Shown here one piece after another: positions 25,199 through 32,000 of a stretch of DNA of 32,000 nucleotides. The DNA comes from Patescibacteria group bacterium (GTDB taxonomy: Bacteria > Patescibacteriota > Patescibacteriia > 2-01-FULL-39-33). The notes beneath the pieces were generated by a model. The model did no database searches, was not told the DNA's origin, and saw nothing but the letters and a program-made list of their open reading frames with translations. The position numbers and the translations under genes are program-made. The number at the start of each line of letters is the position of its first letter. Positions within the stretch are counted from its first letter, which is position 1. The stretch spans positions 180,001-212,000 of the forward strand of contig JBAZMW010000001.1 of NCBI GenBank assembly GCA_041649575.1. The letters run 5' to 3'.

Positions 25199-26929
25199 AT
25201 GTCGACTTTATACCGCAAATACCGGCCGCAAACTTTCAAGGACTTAATCGGCCAGAATCATATAAAAATCACTCTGCAGCATGAGCTGGAGCTGTATCAG
25301 ATCGGCCACGCTTATCTTTTTTGCGGGCCCAGGGGTCTGGGCAAAACCAGTGCGGCGCGGTTGTTTGCCAAGGCGGTTAATTGTCAAAACATAAAAGAAG
25401 GCGAGAGCGAGCCCTGCAATGTTTGCGAATCTTGCCTGGCGATTACCAGCAGTCGAGCGCTGGATATTATAGAAATCGACGCGGCCAGCCATACGGGCGT
25501 AGATCAGGTGCGGGAAAACATTATCGAGAACGTGCGCTTTACCCCCAGCGGCAGCAAATACAAAGTTTTTATCATTGACGAGGTGCACATGCTGTCGATT
25601 TCGGCCTTTAACGCTTTGCTAAAAACACTGGAGGAGCCGCCGGCGCACGCCATTTTTATTTTGTGCACCACCGAGATCCACAAAGTGCCGCAGACGATCA
25701 TTTCCCGCTGCCAGCGTTTTGATTTTAGAAAAGTTTCTAAAGCCGATTTGTTAAAAAGATTAAAATATATTGTTAAGGCAGAAAATAAGCAGGTGGCCGA
25801 CAAGGTGTTGGAGAACATTATTATTTATTCCGAAGGCTGTGTGCGCGATGCGGAGAGCCTGCTGGGTAAGATTTTGACTTTGGGCGATGATATTAGCGAA
25901 GAGATGGCCGAGATAGTTCTGCCGCATTCTGATTTCAGCCTGATTGTTTCTTTTTTGGATTTTATTCTGGAGAAAAATACCACCGGCGCCATAGAATTAA
26001 TCAATAAGCTGGTCACCGACGGCGTTGATTTGCAAATTTTCACCGACAGTCTGGTTGAATTTTTGCGTAAGGTTTTGTTATTGAAGGCGGGCGGCAGTTT
26101 GGGAGAATTCGGCATCGAACTGGACGAAGCAACAGAAGCCGCGGCGGCCAGACTGGCGGAAAGGTTCGACTACGCCAAACTACTTTCGGTAATAGAGTTA
26201 TTCTTGGCTAAAAAGCAGGAACTGAAAACCGCTTTTATCCAGCAGTTGCCTTTGGAAACGGCGGCGGTGCAGCTAAGCGAAGAAGTGATTTGCCGGCGGG
26301 ATGACGATTCTGAAAATAAGGATTCCGGCGCCGGCGGCTGTCCGGAAGGTTTTAAAAAGGAAAAACAAGAAGACAAGGAAGCGGCAGAGAAAAAAATCAA
26401 AGAAAAGATAAAAGATCGGCTGGCGCGTTTTAGCCATTTAAAAAGCAAGGAGGCGGCGCCGGAAACAGCAGAGAGCCAGGCAGCCAGCGATCAGCCAGAA
26501 AGTAAAACCGATGAAAACCAAAAAATAGTTAGTTTTGAAGAAATAACAGAAAGTTGGCAAAAAATAATCGAAGTCTTATTGAAAAAAAACTACACTTTGG
26601 GCTCGCTACTGAAAATCAGCCGGCCATTGGAGTGCCAAGACAACATCTTGGAAATCGGCCTGAAGAGCAAGTTTTATAAAGATCGTCTGGAGGATTTGAA
26701 AAACAAGAAGCTGATTGGCGACGTAGTTTCGGAAGTAGTAGCGGCGGCGGTGGTTGTCAGGGGAGTGATAAAAGAAGACGTTGAGCCGTTGATGGCGGGG
26801 CAGCAGAGCGGGCCGGCTGCCGGCGCCGAGGCTCTCGATGCCAAAATCGAAAGCGCTGCAATTAGTATTGAACCGATAAAAATCCAAAAATCAGGCGATG
26901 TGGCCCAGGAAGTGATAGCCATGTTTTAG
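25199..26929 (+). CDS. dnaX: DNA polymerase III subunit gamma/tau
   Basis: MSTLYRKYRPQTFKDLIGQNHI; YLFCGPRGLGKTSAARLFAKAVNC; zinc-binding CNVCESC; VFIIDEVHMLSISAFNALLKTLEEPPAHAIFILCTTE. ATG 25199 preferred over track start 25145. Confidence 0.96.
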   Translation: MSTLYRKYRPQTFKDLIGQNHIKITLQHELELYQIGHAYLFCGPRGLGKTSAARLFAKAVNCQNIKEGESEPCNVCESCLAITSSRALDIIEIDAASHTGVDQVRENIIENVRFTPSGSKYKVFIIDEVHMLSISAFNALLKTLEEPPAHAIFILCTTEIHKVPQTIISRCQRFDFRKVSKADLLKRLKYIVKAENKQVADKVLENIIIYSEGCVRDAESLLGKILTLGDDISEEMAEIVLPHSDFSLIVSFLDFILEKNTTGAIELINKLVTDGVDLQIFTDSLVEFLRKVLLLKAGGSLGEFGIELDEATEAAAARLAERFDYAKLLSVIELFLAKKQELKTAFIQQLPLETAAVQLSEEVICRRDDDSENKDSGAGGCPEGFKKEKQEDKEAAEKKIKEKIKDRLARFSHLKSKEAAPETAESQAASDQPESKTDENQKIVSFEEITESWQKIIEVLLKKNYTLGSLLKISRPLECQDNILEIGLKSKFYKDRLEDLKNKKLIGDVVSEVVAAAVVVRGVIKEDVEPLMAGQQSGPAAGAEALDAKIESAAISIEPIKIQKSGDVAQEVIAMF

Positions 26930-26979
26930 CTTGATTTTTTTGCTTTTTTTTGTTAAATTAATTATTCGATTATTTTTAT

Positions 26980-27053
26980 TGCGGGATCGTCTAATGGTAG
27001 GACACGCCCCTCTGGAGGGCGGTATCATGGTTCGAGTCCATGTCCCGCAGCCA
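26980..27053 (+). tRNA. tRNA-Gln (anticodon CTG), CCA encoded
   Basis: Acceptor TGCGGGA/TCCCGCA, D-arm GTCT-AATGGTA-GGAC, anticodon stem CGCCC/GGGCG with loop CTCTGGA, T-arm CATGG-TTCGAGT-CCATG, discriminator G then CCA. Confidence 0.95.
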
Positions 27054-27111
27054 ATTGCGTTTTTCTGGTTATTTCCTATAATAAAGTCAGAATTACCTAA
27101 CTAAAAAACAT

Positions 27112-30100
27112 ATGAAAAAAGGCAAACTAATATTTGTTGGTTTGGCTTTATTTTTTTGTTTGATTGGTATTTATAAGCTGGTTTTGGCGCAAACCAGCTG
27201 TTATTTCAAGGGCCCTGAGACTTCGCCGGATCTTTTGCGTCTAAGCAGCCTTGATATTAGCGGTAACGGCAATTTGCTAGTTGGGGATACGGTGACGGTC
27301 GGTTTTAATTTGCAAAATTATGGCCAAAGCGATATCAAGCTTGGTTCAAAGGGAATCTTTGCCGCTGGATTCGATCCCAGCAGTTCCGACGCCTCGTTTG
27401 GCTTTTCTTACGCCAATGCCATCTTAAAGCCGGGGCAAACAGTTTCTTTCAAGGCTTCAAGAGTTTTGGATAAAGAGGGGGTTTGGACAATCTGGCCGTC
27501 ATATCAGATTGTTAGCGGCAAGACGGAAAAACTAGGGCCAGACAATTGGCGCGCCTGTCCTTTAAGCGTAGCGGCGGCTCAAAAAGACTCCGACCAGGAT
27601 GGCGTTTATGACGAAAGCGATAATTGTCCCAGCGCTTATAATCCCAATCAGGAAGATATTGATGGCGACAAAATTGGCGATGCCTGCGATGGTTGCGATG
27701 ACAGGGATTGGGATCAGGATAAGATTAAGAACTGCTCCGACAAATGTCCCGATCAGCCAGAGATTTTTAATCAATATCAAGATGAAGACGGCTGCCCCGA
27801 CGAAAAGCCGCAGGAAACCAAAGACAGCGATCAAGATGGAGTTGATGACAGCAAAGATAATTGTCCGAACGCTTATAATCCCGATCAAAAAGACGGTAAC
27901 AGTAATAACCAGGGCGACGCTTGCGAACAAAGAACAGACGGACAAGATTTACCGGAAGAGAACAAAGAATCGCCGGTTTCACTAGTTACCGGTTTGCCAG
28001 CCGAGACTGCCGGCAATGTTAATTTAAATATCAATGCTTCGCGAGTCCCGACAGAAGAAATAAGCGTCCCTTGCGACCTTTCGGGAACGATTTGGAATTT
28101 TAAATATTTGTCAAAAACCTTAAAGGTGAGGATTTGCGAAGCCGAAAGAATCGGTGGCGGCTGTCTGCCAACCCCGCCGTTTACCTGCACTGGTGGCGCT
28201 GTCAGTTGTAAAGAAGGTGGCGCCAGTTGGCTAGAAAATGTCAGTCGGGTTTGGACCGGAGAGGAAGCCTACCGTAATCCCGGGCCGCTGTCTTACCGGG
28301 CCAGGGTCGGTTGTGGCAGTAGTTATTTGATTACGCCGAGCTACGAACCATTCGAACAAGAATGCCAGTGGCAGGGACGTTTTAGCCCAACCAGAAGCAA
28401 TTTTGTCAATATGAGCGGCACCAGCCAGACGGGTTATGATTTTAATTTCACTGCCAACGAACTCACGCCACCCAGTGTTAACATGATAAGTGACGATGTC
28501 AGGCGGCCGGCTACCTTTAAGGGCGAAGGTAATTTTAAGGTTTTGGTTAACGCTTTTGACGCCAGCGGTATCAAAAACATAAAGATAACCGGCAGCTATA
28601 CGGTGAAGTATTTTTCAGCCGATGAAACCGGGCCGTTGGAAACTGGCCGCGGTGATGAGACGGTGACAGTGGACAGAAGTTGCAGCATTTCTCCCTGCGA
28701 TGTGTTTTTGCCTTATTATGCTGGAGGCAAACAAATCAGCTTTGATTTGCATATTAGCGCCTGCGACAACAACGGCAATAAAATTGAAACCACTTATAAC
28801 CATGTTTTTCCCGATAATTCGGGCGATCTTGTTGTCGCCGCCACCGATCCGGTGCAAGTGATTTATGACGCGCCTTTGGTCAAAAATAAGAACACGGCTT
28901 TTCGGATTAAGGTCAATTCAACTTTTCCTTATCCGACAGAAGCCAAGTTTCGTCTTGATTTGCCGCCGGATAAATGGAGCATGACCAGCCGTAGCGGCAG
29001 TTATCTTTTGGGGTTTACTCCAGGTTGGCGCTATAAAGATCTGTGGGGGCCGATAAAAATTCCGGCCAACGCCAGGAATCATGAGATCATGTTGCCGATA
29101 ATTGCCGATTGGCAAAAAGAACTCGATTATGACAGTACCGCTGACAGGGAAGGCAAGGTGTTGCGCGGACGCGAGGTTAGCGGCGTTTGGGGACTGGATG
29201 TCCGATTATTGCCCATTCCCGCGGCTGACAGAGTAAATTATTCCGTCAGTATTGATCCGGAAAACCAAATTTCCGAAACTAACGAGAGAAATAATATTAT
29301 TAATTCCGTTGAATATTCGACAGCCAAAACTAAGGCTTGGCGGTTTTTGTTCATTCCTTATCGTGATGGTTCTGGCGGCGGTATGTGCGCGCCAACCGAG
29401 GGCATGCGTCAAGGTGGAGCCAAAAGACAACTGGAATATGTGCTGGCCACGTTCCCAATCGCTGAAAACAAAATTGAATATGGTTTTTCTTATACCAATT
29501 TTTCCCTTGGTTGCGGCGGCGATCCTGACGGCCAGTGCGAATATGCGCGGGCTTTTAATGTCAGCCGCGGTGAATTTTTGAGGTGGATGGCGCGTTTGGC
29601 TCTGGACGAGGGTTATGATTTCGGCGTGGCTATTGGCTGCGGCGGCGGTGGCGGCGCCGGCGGATCAGATAAGGCCGTGTTTATCGGGGCAGACGGAAAT
29701 GAAGCGCTGCTGGCGCATGAGTTTAATCATGTGGTATCGCCGGTCAGCGACGTTTATTCTCGGGATTGCTATAGCAGCTGGAATGAAAGCTACTGTGAGA
29801 AGCCGGATGGCCAACGTTTCTACTGCTGCTGGCAGGATTACAACGACGAGAAAGACCGCCGTGAAAGCAATGGAGTCGATCCAATGGAAGGCTGCACGGT
29901 TGACTGCGGCCAAAACGAGACTTCGGGTTGTGATGGAGCTTGCTGCCACGCCCGCTGTCAGCCGGGTTGCGCTGCGGCCGGTGGTGTTAATTATTACGCA
30001 CCGGATTTACGGATTGATCTGCCGGCCACTAACGGTTTTTGGGCCAATGAATGGCAGAAAAAAGAAAGCAAGCAATATTTTATGGACGGTCCAAGAGGTG

Positions 30101-30939
30101 ATAACTGGATGACGGCCCGAAGCGTGCGGGACAGCGGTTTCAGCTTTTGTCCCAGCCCGGATATCAATGTTGATTATGATGGTTACCTGAATTTATTAAA
30201 CAACCCTCGTTTCAAGAGCGCTAGCGACCCCCAGGGCTTATTAGTCAGCGGTACGATTAATAAAAATGGCACAGTTAAATTTGACCCGTTTGTCTATTTG
30301 CCAGAAACCTTTCTTGATTTAGAACCAAATAGTGGGGGTGACTACCAGTTTGTTTTACTCGATGAAAACAAAAAGGAATTAAGCAAGTCGGGTTTTGATG
30401 TTTATTTTTATCAGTATGATCCCGGTGGCGGGCCGCTGGAGGAGACTTCTTTTGCCTACCGGATTGAGTGGAAGGAAGGAACTAGCTTGATAGAATTACG
30501 CAACAAAGCCGGTCAGGTTTTGGCTAGCCGGCAGGTATCAAAGAACAAGCCGGAAATCGAAGTGGTTTATCCCAACGGCGGTGAGGTTTTTAAGATTGGC
30601 AAAAAAATAGAGCTTAATTGGCAAGCGAGCGATGCCGACGGCGACGAATTGTTTTATTCTTTGGCCGTAAGCTCGGATGGCGGCAAAAGTTGGCTACCCG
30701 TGGACATGGATTTGAAAACGACAAGCTATGAACTTAATACCGCCGCTTTAAGGCCGGGCGATTATCTACTTAAAGTCAAGGCCAGTGACGGTGTAAATAC
30801 ATCACAGGATGTTTCTGACAAGACTTTTGAAGTTAAGGCTGTAAAAAAAATCAAAAATTTGTATTTTTTGGCTTGGGGCGTGGCGATGCTGATTTTATTG
30901 GGGATTTTATGGAAGAAAAAGTTTGTCCGAAAGAAATAG
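27112..30939 (+). CDS. Large secreted, C-terminally anchored protein with thrombospondin type 3-like Ca-binding repeats, a Cys-rich HExxH-containing region and an Ig-like domain
   Basis: 1275 aa; signal peptide; DSDQDGVYDESDNCPSAYNPNQEDIDGDKIGDACD repeats; AHEFNHVVSP; VVYPNGGEVFKIGKKIELNW; C-terminal TM + KKKFVRKK. Confidence 0.88.
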   Translation: MKKGKLIFVGLALFFCLIGIYKLVLAQTSCYFKGPETSPDLLRLSSLDISGNGNLLVGDTVTVGFNLQNYGQSDIKLGSKGIFAAGFDPSSSDASFGFSYANAILKPGQTVSFKASRVLDKEGVWTIWPSYQIVSGKTEKLGPDNWRACPLSVAAAQKDSDQDGVYDESDNCPSAYNPNQEDIDGDKIGDACDGCDDRDWDQDKIKNCSDKCPDQPEIFNQYQDEDGCPDEKPQETKDSDQDGVDDSKDNCPNAYNPDQKDGNSNNQGDACEQRTDGQDLPEENKESPVSLVTGLPAETAGNVNLNINASRVPTEEISVPCDLSGTIWNFKYLSKTLKVRICEAERIGGGCLPTPPFTCTGGAVSCKEGGASWLENVSRVWTGEEAYRNPGPLSYRARVGCGSSYLITPSYEPFEQECQWQGRFSPTRSNFVNMSGTSQTGYDFNFTANELTPPSVNMISDDVRRPATFKGEGNFKVLVNAFDASGIKNIKITGSYTVKYFSADETGPLETGRGDETVTVDRSCSISPCDVFLPYYAGGKQISFDLHISACDNNGNKIETTYNHVFPDNSGDLVVAATDPVQVIYDAPLVKNKNTAFRIKVNSTFPYPTEAKFRLDLPPDKWSMTSRSGSYLLGFTPGWRYKDLWGPIKIPANARNHEIMLPIIADWQKELDYDSTADREGKVLRGREVSGVWGLDVRLLPIPAADRVNYSVSIDPENQISETNERNNIINSVEYSTAKTKAWRFLFIPYRDGSGGGMCAPTEGMRQGGAKRQLEYVLATFPIAENKIEYGFSYTNFSLGCGGDPDGQCEYARAFNVSRGEFLRWMARLALDEGYDFGVAIGCGGGGGAGGSDKAVFIGADGNEALLAHEFNHVVSPVSDVYSRDCYSSWNESYCEKPDGQRFYCCWQDYNDEKDRRESNGVDPMEGCTVDCGQNETSGCDGACCHARCQPGCAAAGGVNYYAPDLRIDLPATNGFWANEWQKKESKQYFMDGPRGDNWMTARSVRDSGFSFCPSPDINVDYDGYLNLLNNPRFKSASDPQGLLVSGTINKNGTVKFDPFVYLPETFLDLEPNSGGDYQFVLLDENKKELSKSGFDVYFYQYDPGGGPLEETSFAYRIEWKEGTSLIELRNKAGQVLASRQVSKNKPEIEVVYPNGGEVFKIGKKIELNWQASDADGDELFYSLAVSSDGGKSWLPVDMDLKTTSYELNTAALRPGDYLLKVKASDGVNTSQDVSDKTFEVKAVKKIKNLYFLAWGVAMLILLGILWKKKFVRKK

Positions 30940-30947
30940 CTTATAAT

Positions 30948-30983
30948 AAAAACACCCCCGATAATTTTCGGGGGTGTTTTTTT
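30948..30983 (+). terminator. Bidirectional intrinsic terminator between converging genes
   Basis: AAAAACACCCCCGA-TAATT-TTCGGGGGTGTTTTTTT-type hairpin. Confidence 0.93.
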
Positions 30984-30994
30984 ACAAATAAGCT

Positions 30995-32000
30995 TTAATA
31001 CAGGGGACAAGTTTGAGATAAAATTGGTTTATTGGCGGTAGTGCCGCAATTATTAATATCTAGACAATTCCGGTATCTTTGACCGTCTAAATAGCAGACG
31101 CTCCAGGCAGTGCAGGACCAATTTTCAGTGCAGAGGCAGGCTTGGCTGGTGCTGGGTCGGTAGTAATAAGTGCCGCAGCTGTTGCTGTCGGTACAGGAGC
31201 GGTATTGCTGGCCGCCTTGGCAGACGCCCCAATTATTACAAGTCCAATTTTCAACGCAAGAAAAACAAGATTGGCTTTCCGGAGGTTTATTATCATTTAC
31301 ACCGCAGCGATTACTGTCAGTGCAGGTGCGGTATTGTCTATTGTAAACGCAAGAAGACCAGCTGTTACAGGTCCAGTTAGGATTGCAATGATAATTCAGG
31401 CTGACGCTGATTTTGGTCAGGGCATCTTCGCGGTTGTAGATTGTCGATCCATTGGGGTAGGTCATTGAAGGATCCACGTCGAGAATCACCGATTCGAAAC
31501 GAAAATTATTACTGGTAAAGCCACTGTCGGTCACCAGTCGTTTTTGGCCGTTTTGGATGTAGTAAGTATCAAAAGAATTTTTATAGCGCAGCAGCGTGCC
31601 GTCTGGCAGTTTTTGATTGGAAGTGATATCACAAACGCCGTCATTGTAGTAACTAGATTCAAAGCCGGCGGGAATAACCAAAGCGCGGTTATATTGGTAG
31701 TTGCCATAATGAGCAGGAGCGCGGCAAAGTCTTCCGTTGGGCAGTACGGCGTACATCTTTAGGCTGCTGCCAAACCGCACCAGAGCATAGCCAGGGCGAA
31801 CCGTGACGTTTTTTCCGACAAGCAGCTGGTTAAACTCTGATTCCGAAACGGTGATAACCGACTGGTTTTTCCAAGAGCCGGTATACCAACTGAAGAAAGT
31901 TGATTCGGTCGGAAAGAGATGGCGTCGATCATTGGCATCCACATAATAAACACTGGGGTTGTTGCGGATTTTAATCAGATCACCATCGCTCGGATAATAA
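30995..32000 (-). CDS. Secreted/surface protein (5'-partial at window edge) with three C-terminal TSP1-like WxCxxWxxC modules
   Basis: Frame stays open past 31942 to the edge (YYPSDGDLIKIRNNPSVYYVDANDRRHLFPTESTFFSWY...); modules NWTCNSWSSC..RTCTDSNRCG, NWTCNNWGVC..RSCTDSNSCG, NWSCTAWSVC..RNCLDINNCG. Confidence 0.85.
   Translation of the reverse strand, partial: YYPSDGDLIKIRNNPSVYYVDANDRRHLFPTESTFFSWYTGSWKNQSVITVSESEFNQLLVGKNVTVRPGYALVRFGSSLKMYAVLPNGRLCRAPAHYGNYQYNRALVIPAGFESSYYNDGVCDITSNQKLPDGTLLRYKNSFDTYYIQNGQKRLVTDSGFTSNNFRFESVILDVDPSMTYPNGSTIYNREDALTKISVSLNYHCNPNWTCNSWSSCVYNRQYRTCTDSNRCGVNDNKPPESQSCFSCVENWTCNNWGVCQGGQQYRSCTDSNSCGTYYYRPSTSQACLCTENWSCTAWSVCYLDGQRYRNCLDINNCGTTANKPILSQTCPLY

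Noticed and set aside
28615-28857. Many 60-130 aa antisense ORFs within the 27112..30939 gene (e.g. 27562..27945, 28615..28857, 31142..31468)
   Set aside because: Repetitive Val/Ile/Ala composition mirrors the sense strand repeats; no ribosome-binding signals.

Overview
The window looks like a chromosomal segment of a Patescibacteria/CPR-type bacterium (inferred from gene content and protein style). Most of it is ordinary housekeeping and envelope genes: divergent-PAP2 protein, uppP, CAP-domain protein, mltG, amrA-like, an L10 leader with rplJ-rplL, a PP2C-like/beta-propeller membrane protein, an FG-GAP/L,D-transpeptidase, tsaB-like, a short division cluster (mraZ-rsmH-ftsL-like-PBP2-murF), cysS, dus, corA, a VirD4/TraG-like ATPase, dnaX, tRNA-Gln(CTG), and two large Cys-rich secreted proteins. 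The signals most worth follow-up are: (1) short structured repeats apparently inserted in frame in housekeeping genes, with three different elements in one dus gene (19513-19534, 19943-19966, 20139-20193) and one in cysS (16598-16639) that shares both terminal sequences with the third dus element in opposite orientation; (2) a compositionally foreign, GC-rich minus-strand block (~17.0-19.4 kb) of three unrecognised genes with strong SDs and a near-perfect sigma70 promoter, where two genes are each followed by the same ~51-bp structured element; (3) a small unrecognised ORF at 24.8-25.1 kb that appears to change frame. I found no CRISPR array, transposase, prophage or recognisable defence system, and I cannot show that the foreign block is a functional system.
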